Origin: an uncultured delta proteobacterium
GTDB lineage: Bacteria; Desulfobacterota; Zymogenia; Zymogenales; Zymogenaceae
Reading direction: 5' to 3'
DNA: 64,000 nt
NCBI GenBank assembly: GCA_963792965.1
Contig: CAWBYW010000016.1
Coordinates: 64,001 to 128,000 of the forward strand
Positions 11,415-21,604 of the stretch are shown here, piece by piece (position 1 is the first letter of the stretch; each line of letters begins with the position of its first letter). The notes below the pieces were generated by a model that saw only the letters and a program-made list of their open reading frames with translations, was not told where the DNA came from and ran no database searches. The position numbers and the translations under genes were made by a program.

Positions 11415-13646
11415 GAGGTCCCTATCGGAAGGTCGATGATAAACTTGGTGCCCGCAGGCGTGTTGCTGAAGACGCGGATGTCGCCCCGGTGGTCCGAGAT
11501 AATCGTGTTGACGATCGTCAACCCGAGGCCCGTCCCGCTCTTTTTGGTGGAATAGTAGGGCTCAAATATCCGGTCCTTTGATCTCCGGGGTCACCCCTCG
11601 GCCGGTGTCGGCGATGGTGAGCCGCGCTTTGCTCTGTTCTTTGAGAAACGAGGTCTGGATCTCTATCGTGCCGGTGTCGTCGATCGCCTCGACGGCGTTT
11701 TCCAAGAGGTTAATGAGGACGCGCTTGATCTGCTCCCGATCGATGTTGAGGAGCGGGAGCTCGTTGTCCTCGGAGAAACCATACGTGATGTTCTTATGCG
11801 CATCCCTATAGAGGGCCAGCGTCTCTTTGACGATATCGTTGAGATCGTTGGGCCGGGGCCGGGTGGACGGCATCCGTGCGAACTGGGAGAACTCATCGAC
11901 AAGGGTCTTCATCTCCTCCACCTGCGTGATGATGGTCCTCGTGCACTCATCCAGCACTTCTCCGTCTCCCCCGAGCCGATCGAGATATTTCTTCCGTATC
12001 CGCTGGGCCGAGAGCTTGATGGGGGTCAGGGGGTTCTTGACCTCATGGGCGATGCGCCGCGCCACCTCCCGCCAGGCGGCGATCTTCTGGGCCCGCATGA
12101 TCTCCGTGATGTCGTCAAAGACCGCCACCATCCCGAGGTAGTTGGCCTCCTCATCGACGAGGTAGTTGAGGTTGGCCATCAGAACCAGCGTCCTGTCTTC
12201 CAGCGGTATCTCGACCTGTCGCTGGATGAAGCCCTCTTTGGAGGCCTTCAGGTCTTCGACGATCCCCCTGACGATGGAGTAGTGTTTTTCACGCAGCACC
12301 TCTTCAAAGGGGTGCTCGAGCACCTTGGGCGTCTTGATGCCGAGCATACGCTCGGCGGATTTGTTGATCGTCGTGATGACGCCGTCCTTGTTCACGGAGA
12401 TGACGCCCGCCGCCACGTTTTTCAGCACGATCTCCATATAGCGTCTGCGGCTCTCCAGCTCGAGGTTTGAGCGTGACAGCTCGTTGTAGGCGCGCTCGAG
12501 CCTCCGTGACTGGGTCTTGAGATCCTGGGTCATCTTGTTAAACGAGTCCACGAGGATCCCCACCTCATCGTCGGTGGACACGTCCACGTAGACATCAAGA
12601 TTGCCGTCCGCAACCTTCTTGGTCCCTTCGGCCAAGAGCGAGATGGGGACCGTGATCCCCTTGGCCAGATAGAAACCGAGCCATGTCGCGGTAAATACCA
12701 GAAGCAGCGCGATGATGGCAAGCGTGATGAGATAGGACGCGACGATCGGCTCTTTGAGGAGCTTGTTCTTCTTGTACCCCTCAAGGAAGTTGCCGATGTT
12801 CAGCATCTTTGAAAGGAGCGATTTCGGGACGAAGTTCGCGGTCATGACCAGAGATTCCACCCCGGCGCCGCCGGCGATCGGATAGAGCGCCCAGACCACG
12901 TCACCGTATCCGATGGTCTGGATAGTCGAGACGGGCTTACCGGAGAGCGCTTCTTCAAAGAGGTCTGCCTTGAGGTGTTCGAGCGAGTTTTCCTTGATCT
13001 GATCCCCGAAGGACGACGCCAATTCCTCCATTTTCGGGCTGAATATCTTGACCAGCCCGAGGTTTCTCGCCCTCCGCTGGCTGTCGACAAATGTTCGCAA
13101 GCGCTCCCTGTTCTCCTGAGTGAGCATATCGTTTGCCGCCGCCTCTTCGCCGATCTCGCGGGCCGATTCGAGGACCGTGTTGGTCGCATCGGCGTAATAG
13201 GTCTGCGCGATATCCATTGCTCCCTCCAGCGAGTTTTCGACCTGCACGTTGAAAAAGAGGTCCATACTCGTGGAGAAAAAGAGCATCGCGGCGATGAACA
13301 TGACGACGGTGGGAAACAGCGTCAGCCCCGCAAAGGAGAGGACGAGCTTGGTCCTCAGCTTGGCGGCCTCTACGTGTCGTTTTCTCTCATAGACGAGCTT
13401 AACGAGGTTCCTCAAGACCAGGAAAATAACGAGGATCAACAGGATGATGTTGATATCGATGAGGGTAATGAGGAGGACATTTTCCGCGCCACCGATGTTG
13501 AGGTCCTTGGTGGTGATATAGGTGCCGAAGATGGTCAGGATGACGATCACGATGACCGATACGACGATGATAATCCTCTCCCTCCTCTTCCTGATCTCCT
13601 CAGGGGTCAGCTCTTTCCTCCTTTTGTTCACATTATCCTTTTTCAT
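11411..13646 (-). CDS. ntrY: HAMP-PAS sensor histidine kinase, NtrY-like (frameshift near 11577)
   Basis: N-terminal TM helices, HAMP, PAS, WREVARRIAHEVKNPLTPI; corrected end FEPYYSTKKSGTGLGL...stop overlaps the ntrX ATG. Confidence 0.88.
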
Positions 13647-13664
13647 TGTCCGCCCGGCGAACCA

Positions 13665-14225
13665 TCAATAGGAAAACTCCTCTACGTACCAGGGCGTCTT
13701 GAAATCCCAGACGCCCACAAAAAAGAGAACGTAATGGAGCGGTTTCGGGATTTGCACCTTGTCCAGCTCCGCCTTGATTTCGAGGCGATAGGTCCTGCCC
13801 TTCTCGAGGGTGGTGAGCGTCACCAGCGGGTAGAATTTCACCTGCGCCATGACCCGCTTTGCCGTTTCGTAGTCCTTGGTGGTAAAGGGTCGGGCCCCTT
13901 CTTCGTCACGGGTCACCGTATACTCCTGCTGGAGCGTGTCGTATTTTACGGTATGCTTGATCATCCGATCAACGATCGTCGGATCGCGTAAGATGCCGCC
14001 CCGATGTTGTTTGAGGACGACGTAAAAGGAAAAGGTCGTCTCGATCCCGCTCTTGATGGCCTCATCCATCTCGGGCGAATACGGGCCCTCGAGGGTAAAG
14101 TAGATATAGACGTTGTTCTGGTATTTGGTGATGACAACGTTGTTTATGGCTGCATCCTGACAGAGCGCCTGCGCCGCGCCCACGAGGAGAAACAGGATGG
14201 CAAAAATGAGACAGCGTATCTTCAT
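13665..14225 (-). CDS. DUF4390-like periplasmic protein
   Basis: signal peptide, EAIKSGI, VKYDTL, WDFKTPW; usual position directly upstream of ntrY. Confidence 0.75.
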   Translation of the reverse strand: MKIRCLIFAILFLLVGAAQALCQDAAINNVVITKYQNNVYIYFTLEGPYSPEMDEAIKSGIETTFSFYVVLKQHRGGILRDPTIVDRMIKHTVKYDTLQQEYTVTRDEEGARPFTTKDYETAKRVMAQVKFYPLVTLTTLEKGRTYRLEIKAELDKVQIPKPLHYVLFFVGVWDFKTPWYVEEFSY

Positions 14226-15073
14226 TGCGTTACGATCTCGTAGGCTTTTTGGACGAAGAGCTCCCGCACGAGGAGATGGTTGAGGCGGTGGCCCGATTTG
14301 TGCGCCGTGAATTTTCCGATCAGCGGCATGCCGAAGAGGGATAAATCCCCGACGGCGTCAAGGCACTTGTGCCGAACGCACTCGTCGGGAAACCTGAGCC
14401 CCTCGGGGTTGAGGACACCGTTATCGCCGATCACCACCGCGTTGGCGAGGCTTCCGCCGAGGGCCAGCCCCCGTGCGTACATGCCGTCGATGTCATTAAA
14501 GAGCCCGAACGTCCGTGCGGGCGCCACCTCGCGGATGAAGACGTCGGGGTCCACATTACAGCAAAAGCGCTGCGTACCGACATGGGGATTCTCGTAGACG
14601 ATGGTATAGTCCATCGACAGCCCGCCGCCGTCCGGGCCCAGCTCGGCCCAACAGTCGCCCGATTCTACCCTGAGTGGCCTGACGATTCGCGCGGCCTTCC
14701 CGGGCTCTCCCGCATCCACGATCTCGGCAGACTCAAGAAGTTCCACGAAAGGCTTTGCGCTCCCGTCCAGTATCGGCACCTCGGGCCCGGTGAGCCGAAC
14801 GGTGACGTTGTCCACCCCGAGGGCAAACAGGGCCGCCGCCACATGCTCCACCGTCGCGACGCTTACCTCTCCCTCCGAAAGCGTCGTGGCAAGCTCCGTG
14901 TTCCTGATGCGCGAAAAGAGGGCCGGAATGCGGACCTCTTCGTCTACGTCCTCCCGTATGAAACCCACACCCTGGCCGGGCCGCGCGGGCGCGATCGTCA
15001 CCCTCACCGGCTTTCCCGAATGGATCCCGACCCCGTCGGTCCATACGGTCTTGCGTATCGTTTTCTGCTGCAT
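14222..15073 (-). CDS. lpxC: UDP-3-O-acyl-N-acetylglucosamine deacetylase
   Basis: GVGIHSG, TVEH, EVPILDGSA, APARTFG, RHKCLDAVGDL, GHRLN. Confidence 0.95.
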   Translation of the reverse strand: MQQKTIRKTVWTDGVGIHSGKPVRVTIAPARPGQGVGFIREDVDEEVRIPALFSRIRNTELATTLSEGEVSVATVEHVAAALFALGVDNVTVRLTGPEVPILDGSAKPFVELLESAEIVDAGEPGKAARIVRPLRVESGDCWAELGPDGGGLSMDYTIVYENPHVGTQRFCCNVDPDVFIREVAPARTFGLFNDIDGMYARGLALGGSLANAVVIGDNGVLNPEGLRFPDECVRHKCLDAVGDLSLFGMPLIGKFTAHKSGHRLNHLLVRELFVQKAYEIVTQ

Positions 15074-15127
15074 TGTCGCTATTATATATCGGGCAGGTTT
15101 TCGAAACAAGCCTTTTTCACGTCGTCG

Positions 15128-15799
15128 TCAGGGGACGAATTGGGCGGACTCTTTACCGGCGAGCTTCTGCGGAATGGTAATGGACCCGGTAATGTCCTGA
15201 AAGTCGCTTCCCTGTTCCCGGAAGGGCATATAGACGAGCCCGGGCGCCTCAAGCGTCAGGGTGAGCCCCTCGACGAACTCCCGGGATCCCTTTCGCTCCT
15301 CCGACAGGGTTGAGATAAAGACGACGCGGGCGTAGTGTGCCGCGGTATTTTCGTCGATACAGGGCCCCCAGATCCGGCCACCGATCGGCCCGCCGGCTTT
15401 CAGGACCGGCTGCATATAGGTGAAAAGGCGCGAGATCGAGAGCCGAAAACGCTCGACGGAAAGCTCCGCCGCCACGACAAAGAGGGACAGCGGTCGGTTC
15501 TCCAGGTCTTTAATCGATTCGAGAAAGGCGATATGCTCACAATATGAGGAGTAGTCGTCTATCGTCCCGAGGGGAGTATGTGCCGTCATCCGGAATATCC
15601 AGACAGGGATGTAGTTGACGGTGGTTATGTCCCCTTCGATCCAGGTGAAGGCCTTCCTGACGAGCTTTCCCTCTTTCTGTTCCCAGAGCGAGAGACACCG
15701 CCGACACAGAAAGGCCCGGTCATGTGTCCCGATACCGACATCGTGGCCGCACCCCGGGCAGCGCAGAGGGACCAGCACGATGGACGGCTGTCTAACCAA
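15128..15799 (-). CDS. zinc-ribbon hypothetical protein
   Basis: CPGCG...CRRC at the N-terminus, YIPVW and VYMPF motifs; TTG start after GGGGAGG overlapping the upstream stop. Confidence 0.7.
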   Translation of the reverse strand: MVRQPSIVLVPLRCPGCGHDVGIGTHDRAFLCRRCLSLWEQKEGKLVRKAFTWIEGDITTVNYIPVWIFRMTAHTPLGTIDDYSSYCEHIAFLESIKDLENRPLSLFVVAAELSVERFRLSISRLFTYMQPVLKAGGPIGGRIWGPCIDENTAAHYARVVFISTLSEERKGSREFVEGLTLTLEAPGLVYMPFREQGSDFQDITGSITIPQKLAGKESAQFVP

Positions 15800-16832
15800 T
15801 GGCAACCTCCCCGCCGGCCCATGGCGTGACGAAAAGGCGAAACATCGTCCCCCAAAGCCAGTTCCACCCCCTGAAGACGAGCAGGTAGAGGGCGACGGCG
15901 ACCACGAAGACGAGGGCGACGGGGGCCGTCGTCGCGACGAAGGCGATGAGGGCAAGGATCAACAGTCCGGGCAGCGCACGGACACCGCCCTTTTTCGGGA
16001 CGCGGGCAAAGAGAAGATCGCCGCTCAGACCGTCCACCACCGCCCGGGTGGGGGAGCCTTCATACAGAAACCGGACGATCCAGACCGGGTAGTGGATCGT
16101 CGTAATCTCCTCGGTCACCTTCTCGGCCTCGAAATAGTCAACGGATATCGCGGCGGGTCTGCTAGAGGCGATAAGCATCGCCCATGCCTCCTTTGCCGCC
16201 GCCTCATGATCCTTCAGGGGCGTAAAGACCTCTCCGTCCGTGACGGCGTCCGGATCGAAGGGGAATAGCTCCAGCGCCGTCGACCGCGCCCAGAGTCCGA
16301 CGAGTCCCATCTCCGAGACGTCGACAGCGGGGGTGAAGTAGCTGAGATCCTTGAAGAAGCCCTCCATCACCGACTTCTTCACCTCATGGGGAATAACGAT
16401 TTCCTGGTGATTACCCGACTCCTTCCATTGGTAATCCAATCCCGCCATTCGGCCGATGTACCACCCGCCGCCCAAGACGGAGGCCCGGAAGAAGGGGACA
16501 TAGACGAGGCGCGAGTCAATGAAGTGCGCCGGCCTCCCCGTGCCCTCCTTCGTCTTTTTACCGCTTACGAGATCCCTGACGCGATCGGCCGCCTCGTGCC
16601 TCGCCAGTCTGTTTGGGATCCAGTAACTGAGCTCTCCCCTTTTCCCCACGACCATGTGGGCAAGGCCGCAGTGATCGCAGACGACCCGCGTGCTTCCCTC
16701 CACAAACCCGAGCCCGGCCCCGCACGAGGGGCACATCAGCGCGACCGTGAAGAGGCTTCCCGACGGTTCGGGGATTATCCCATGCTCGCTCGTAGCATGA
16801 GGATACCGATCGGCGGCGCCGTTACTTTTCAT
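15792..16832 (-). CDS. zinc-ribbon membrane protein (YdjG-like layout)
   Basis: CPSCG...CDHCG, LVYVPFF and IHYPVW motifs, C-terminal TM hairpin; ATGA overlap with the upstream gene. Confidence 0.75.
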   Translation of the reverse strand: MKSNGAADRYPHATSEHGIIPEPSGSLFTVALMCPSCGAGLGFVEGSTRVVCDHCGLAHMVVGKRGELSYWIPNRLARHEAADRVRDLVSGKKTKEGTGRPAHFIDSRLVYVPFFRASVLGGGWYIGRMAGLDYQWKESGNHQEIVIPHEVKKSVMEGFFKDLSYFTPAVDVSEMGLVGLWARSTALELFPFDPDAVTDGEVFTPLKDHEAAAKEAWAMLIASSRPAAISVDYFEAEKVTEEITTIHYPVWIVRFLYEGSPTRAVVDGLSGDLLFARVPKKGGVRALPGLLILALIAFVATTAPVALVFVVAVALYLLVFRGWNWLWGTMFRLFVTPWAGGEVAIG

Positions 16833-17557
16833 GGTTTCCCATCTCCGGGTCCGATCGCCCGGGTTGATACGATCAGACAAATAAGGGCGGCCGCCCCAAT
16901 GGCGGCCGCCCGATAGATAATTTCGTCAAAAAGGAGCCCCGCGACGACGAAGAGGCACGCGGCTCCCGCAAAGAAGACCAGCGGTCTGATGGGGATCGTA
17001 CTTTTCGGCACCGGTATGGTGTCGGAATAGACTCTCGACGAGTCGCCCACGAGCCAGCCCGTGTAAGTGCCGCGTCCGCCAAAGGAGCGCATGGCGTAAA
17101 GCGGGAGGTAGACGAGATCAAGACGGCGCACGTCGCCCGCGGCGATCACCGCCTCCGGGGGAATCGTGGGGTCAACGACTGTGGCGGTCGGCCGGGAATT
17201 CTCCTCGAAGAAAACGAGTCGGCCCGGAGGAACCTTCACCGGGCCGAGCTCCATAGAGGAAATCTTCGCCGCGAGAGCGGCGGTAACTGTGCCGTCCGTT
17301 CGTCGGATCATCCAAAACGGGACATACGAAAACTCGACGCCGATGTCCGCATCGGCGCGCGCGACCCCCGCGTCTGTGAGCCGCTGAAGGAATACCCCTT
17401 TTGCCCAGAGGTCATTGGGGGCATGCCGCATGATCAGGCGCCCGAAGGTGCGGTCTCCCTCCAAAACGAGGGACGATTTACAGAAGGGGCAGGCGAAGAA
17501 GCGGCGCTCATCGGTCCGATCTATCTTTGCCCCACACTGCGAGCACCCGACAATCAT
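16829..17557 (-). CDS. zinc-ribbon membrane protein
   Basis: CSQCG...CPFC, SYVPFW and LVYLPLY motifs, two C-terminal TM helices. Confidence 0.75.
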   Translation of the reverse strand: MIVGCSQCGAKIDRTDERRFFACPFCKSSLVLEGDRTFGRLIMRHAPNDLWAKGVFLQRLTDAGVARADADIGVEFSYVPFWMIRRTDGTVTAALAAKISSMELGPVKVPPGRLVFFEENSRPTATVVDPTIPPEAVIAAGDVRRLDLVYLPLYAMRSFGGRGTYTGWLVGDSSRVYSDTIPVPKSTIPIRPLVFFAGAACLFVVAGLLFDEIIYRAAAIGAAALICLIVSTRAIGPGDGKP

Positions 17558-17614
17558 GTTGCGTCGTCTCTATCCATCAGCTTGACCACGGACACGCGAT
17601 GCCCGCACACGGAT

Positions 17615-18809
17615 TCACTTCCCTGTCTTCTTCCCCGTTTTCTCCCCGTCTTCTGCTGTATTCTCGCCCGTCTTCTCGCCGCACTCCGTGCAGAACTTGG
17701 CCCCGTCGGCCAGTTTCGCGCCACACTTGGGGCACTTGGTCTCTTCGCCCACGGTCTTGCCGCAGACGGGGCAGAACTTCGCCTCCGGCGGCAGGTCCTT
17801 GCCGCACTGCGAGCATTTGTTGACGACCACCAGCTGTGTCCCGCAGCTGGTGCAGAACCGCGCGTTGAGCGGCACCTGGGCGTGACACTTCGGGCACAAC
17901 ACGTACCCCTGTTTATCCGGGGCATCGCCGCCCGCCAGGGTCTGGTAGAGCATCCCCGGTATCATCCCGCCGAGCCCCACGCCGACGATGGTCCCCACGC
18001 CGCCGGCGGCCCCGCCGGCCGCCGTTCCGCCCGCCGCGCCCGGCCGCGGCGGCGCCGGTGCCGAAGTTGCCGATGGCCTTGGCGGCCTCGAATTTAAGGA
18101 ATTTGTTCATGTCGCCGACGACGCCCATGCCGGTCCGCTCGTCGATGACCTTCTGGACTTCGTCGGGCGGGGTGATCTCGTTAACGAAGAAATCGATCAG
18201 CTCGATCCCGTACTTGTTGAAATCCTCCTTGAGCCTGACCTTAGCCACCACCGAAAGCTCGTCATAGTTCTGGGGCAGGTCCAGTATGCTCTTCATGTTT
18301 TCGCCGAGGAAGTCGTTGAGACGCGAGACGATGACGTCCCTCAGATACCCCGAGATGTCGTCGGTAGTGAAGATCGCCTTTGTGGCCACGATCGTATTGA
18401 TGAAGAGGAGCGGCTGGGTGATCCGCACCGTGTAGTTGCCGAAGGCGCGCAGCCGCACGACCCCGTACTCGCTATCCCGGAAAGCGACCGGGTTTCTGGT
18501 GCCCCACTTCATGTCGGTGAAGACCTTCATGTTGACGAAGAGGACCTCGCACCGAAAGGGGCTTGTCCCGCCGAAGGGGAGCGCCAGGATCTTCGTCAAA
18601 ATCGGCAGGTTCATGGTGGTCAGCGTATGTCTGCCGGGGCCGAAGACGTCAAGCCCTTTCCCGTCTCGGAAGAAGACCGCCGACTCATTTTCCCGGATAA
18701 TCAGCTGAGCGCCGAGCTTCGTCTCGCCGGAGCCGGACTCGGGAATGCGGTGCACCATCTCGTTCTGGTTTTCAAAAAAGTATTCGATGACTTCAAGATA
18801 CTGGGCCAT
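17615..18809 (-). CDS. SPFH/Band-7 (YdjI/COG4260-like) protein with three C-terminal zinc ribbons (frameshift in the Gly/Ala linker, ~18000-18050)
   Basis: GAQLIIRENESAVFFRDG, PGRHTLTTMNLP, KWGT, LRAFG; ORF 17615..17998 carries three CxxC..FCxxCG units. Confidence 0.85.
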
Positions 18810-18824
18810 GGGTCTGTTCCTCCT

Positions 18825-19412
18825 TTACGAAACGGGCGTGCCGCCTTCCGGCTTGTCGCCCCCCGGCTGGGGCGCCTCTGTTGCCCCCTTGGTGACTACG
18901 TACTTCCTCTCCTCGAGGATCCTCTCCATATCATCGGCAAACGACGTGAGGGCACCGATCTCTCCGTCCACTTTCGCCGGGTCCGAGAGAATATCCTTCA
19001 TCGCCGAGAGGCGCTTGTCCATCGCCTCGACCTTTGCCAGGATATCCAGGTCGTAGGTCATGAGCGCTTCAAGCTCGGCATCCAATATCCTCACACGCTC
19101 AAAGAGCCCCGAATATCCGTGCGCCGAGTATTTGATCGTGTCCCGGAGCTTGTCGAGCTTACGGTTGAGGCGGTCCAGCTTATCCAGCCCCGTGAGAATC
19201 TTCTTTTCGGTCATCGCCTCCATCACCGTCATCACCGAGCCTTTCAGATGATCGAAGCGCTCGGCGATATGCTCCCGAATGATCTTATCCCGCTCCCGGG
19301 CATTTTCGCGCTTGAGGTAGCTCCCGAGGAGCGGTATCTCCTGGACCATTTTCTCCAGCTTCTGGGCCATCCCCTCGGATATCCCCTCCCAGAATACGCC
19401 TTTTTCCGGCAT
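18825..19412 (-). CDS. alpha-helical hypothetical protein
   Basis: 195 aa, heptad-like helical pattern, GGAGA RBS, 15 nt gap to the SPFH gene. Confidence 0.8.
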   Translation of the reverse strand: MPEKGVFWEGISEGMAQKLEKMVQEIPLLGSYLKRENARERDKIIREHIAERFDHLKGSVMTVMEAMTEKKILTGLDKLDRLNRKLDKLRDTIKYSAHGYSGLFERVRILDAELEALMTYDLDILAKVEAMDKRLSAMKDILSDPAKVDGEIGALTSFADDMERILEERKYVVTKGATEAPQPGGDKPEGGTPVS

Positions 19413-19534
19413 GGTCTGTTCTCCTTTATAATACCGTTATGATTAAGGATAGCGCCTCGACCCGACACCTCCGAAGAAGAGACATTGATGGGCGCGGCCG
19501 TTACCCCTCACCCGCGCCCCGCCGTGCGCCGAGC

Positions 19535-19765
19535 CTATTTTCGCACAAATAACAGGATGAGCGAGATGATCGCGCTGATGATCAGCATGCTCACGATGGG
19601 AAAATATAGGGTGAAATTTTCCCGCCTGATGATGATGTCGCCGGGGAGTTTCCCGAGAAAGGGGATCTTCCCCTCGAAGATCAGCAGCGCCCCGATCACG
19701 ACGACCACCAACCCAATGATGATGAGCACCCATCCGAACTGACGTATCTCTTCCGGGCCGGCCAT
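19535..19765 (-). CDS. DUF2905 family small membrane protein
   Basis: two TM helices around LGKLPGDIIIRRENFTLYFPI. Confidence 0.85.
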   Translation of the reverse strand: MAGPEEIRQFGWVLIIIGLVVVVIGALLIFEGKIPFLGKLPGDIIIRRENFTLYFPIVSMLIISAIISLILLFVRK

Positions 19766-19772
19766 GGCTTCC

Positions 19773-20177
19773 CTATTTGGTCATCCCCTCGAAGGCGACC
19801 CAGAAAGAGGTGAGCTTGCCCCGATGGCTGATGGGAACCACGACCGCGTAGGTCAAGGGAAGGTCCACGACGGCGAAAAAAGAGCTCCCGTCGTAGTGAA
19901 AGGCGTACGCCTTCACCTCATAGGGGTCAATCCGTGGAGCCAGCACGATATCAAGGCTCCCTCCCGGCTCGATTCTCCCCATAAAGTAGTCGTCGACCAC
20001 GACGTTGAGGGTGACGGGTCCCCGTGCGGTAGGGGACGTGTCCGTGTCATTAAAGACCGTCCCTGCGACGAGCCCGCTGTCGACCTGAGAGATCCCCCCG
20101 TAGGGAATCGCGACGAGCGCAAACACTGAAAGGATAAATAAGAGCGCCCTAAATATCTGTCGTTTCTGCATCATCAT
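19773..20177 (-). CDS. exported hypothetical protein
   Basis: MMMQKRQ signal peptide after GGAGGG RBS, start overlaps the queH stop; beta-rich body. Confidence 0.65.
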   Translation of the reverse strand: MMMQKRQIFRALLFILSVFALVAIPYGGISQVDSGLVAGTVFNDTDTSPTARGPVTLNVVVDDYFMGRIEPGGSLDIVLAPRIDPYEVKAYAFHYDGSSFFAVVDLPLTYAVVVPISHRGKLTSFWVAFEGMTK

Positions 20178-20764
20178 GCCCTCCTTCTTCCCTCCACGAG
20201 GGCTTCTATCTTTTTCTTGTAACGTTCCTCTTCGCTGAAGATACAGCCGCAATATTTTTGACGATACACACCCATGGCACGGGCACGCCGTTGACCCTCA
20301 TGCCAGCCGGTTCGGAAATCCTCGTAGTATACATCGACGCCGCTGTCCGCCGATTCCTCTCGCGCGATCCCCCTGAGGGTGTCGTGATCCTGGTAGATCG
20401 AATAGAAGAGCGTCGTGGTGACGGCATCGACCCCGATCTCTTTCCCTTTGACGAAGGCGGCCTTAAGCCGCATCCGCCAGCAGGTCTCACACCGCCTTGT
20501 CGTCGAGGCGAAAACCTCACGGAGGAAGTCTCCCACGTTGTATGAAGGATCGACAATGAGGCCCACCTTCGTGACCCGGTAGTATTCCGAGACGGCCGCG
20601 AGCCGCTTCTCGAACTCCGAGAATGGGTGAATGTTCGGGTTAAAGAAGAACCCGGTAACGGCAAACCCCTGCGACATGAGCCGCGCCATCGGGTAGAGCG
20701 TACAGGGGGCGCAGCAGCTGTGCAGGAGGATCCGCGACGATTTCGATGTCTCATCAAATGCCAT
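20174..20764 (-). CDS. queH: epoxyqueuosine reductase QueH
   Basis: LLHSCCAPC, NPNIHP, RCETCWRMRL, YRQKYCGCIFSE. Confidence 0.9.
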   Translation of the reverse strand: MAFDETSKSSRILLHSCCAPCTLYPMARLMSQGFAVTGFFFNPNIHPFSEFEKRLAAVSEYYRVTKVGLIVDPSYNVGDFLREVFASTTRRCETCWRMRLKAAFVKGKEIGVDAVTTTLFYSIYQDHDTLRGIAREESADSGVDVYYEDFRTGWHEGQRRARAMGVYRQKYCGCIFSEEERYKKKIEALVEGRRRA

Positions 20765-21079
20765 CCGGTCACCTGCGGGCGTGTACACCTTAACAAAAGT
20801 ATCAGATTTCTTTTCCCCTGTCAAGGGCGCCCGGCTTCAAGCATAAGAATAGGTTTCTTTTTGAAAACGTGTGCTCATCACGTACAGCGACGTGGTATCG
20901 TCCCTTCAATGCGATTGTCGTGCATCCCATGACTGCCAGGTGCGCCCCGATATATCGCGCGCCCGTTACAAAAAAACCTTGATTAGTAGGGAATTCTATG
21001 ATAAAAGTATTTTTGCGTCTTTTTTGTCAGGTCTTTTTATATAATGATCTCATGAGCGATAGAGGGGAGGTGAAGGTCG

Positions 21080-21280
21080 TTGGAGGTCAAGGTTCTCGAT
21101 AACGACATTGAGAAGGCCATCAAGATCCTGAAGAACAAGCTTGCAAAAAGCGGGTTTTTCAAGGAGATGAAAGAGCGCCGATTCTACGAAAAACCGAGTG
21201 TGAAAAAGAAGAGAAAAAGGGCCGAGGCCAAGAAGCGGTCGATCAAGTCGATGCGCCGGAGACGGGACTCGGAATATTGA
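21080..21280 (+). CDS. rpsU: 30S ribosomal protein S21
   Basis: IEKAIKILK, ERRFYEKPS, basic tail; TTG start after GGGGAGGTG. Confidence 0.93.
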   Translation: MEVKVLDNDIEKAIKILKNKLAKSGFFKEMKERRFYEKPSVKKKRKRAEAKKRSIKSMRRRRDSEY

Positions 21281-21441
21281 GCACCGGTCTTCCGGATGTT
21301 CTTGTGACGGATCGGGAAGTGCCAACAGAAGAAGCGGACCGACTCAGCGACGATTAACACGCCGCGGTGTGGACACAATCGATCGGCCCGCCGTGTGAAG
21401 CTTCTTGCTCCGTCCGGGATTGCACCGCGATCGATAACATG

Positions 21442-21470
21442 AAAAAGGGGGTATCAAACCCCCTTTTTTT
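21442..21470. terminator. intrinsic (probably bidirectional) terminator
   Basis: AAAAAGGGGGT-ATCAA-ACCCCCTTTTTTT between convergent genes. Confidence 0.8.
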
Positions 21471-21604
21471 ATTTTTTATATGCGCACGGCCATCAGACGA
21501 CAGAGTCCTCATCGGGCCGGCGGACCCGCTACGTCCGCGCGTATCCGAGGCGTATGATCGGCCCGCGCCCCCGCCGAGATCGATGAATGACCCGTCGCCC
21601 CTAC

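Noticed and set aside
10048-11577. Programmed frameshifting or pseudogenisation of ntrYX
   Set aside because: No slippery-site plus structure pattern was seen, all motifs are intact, and similar indels occur across unrelated genes.
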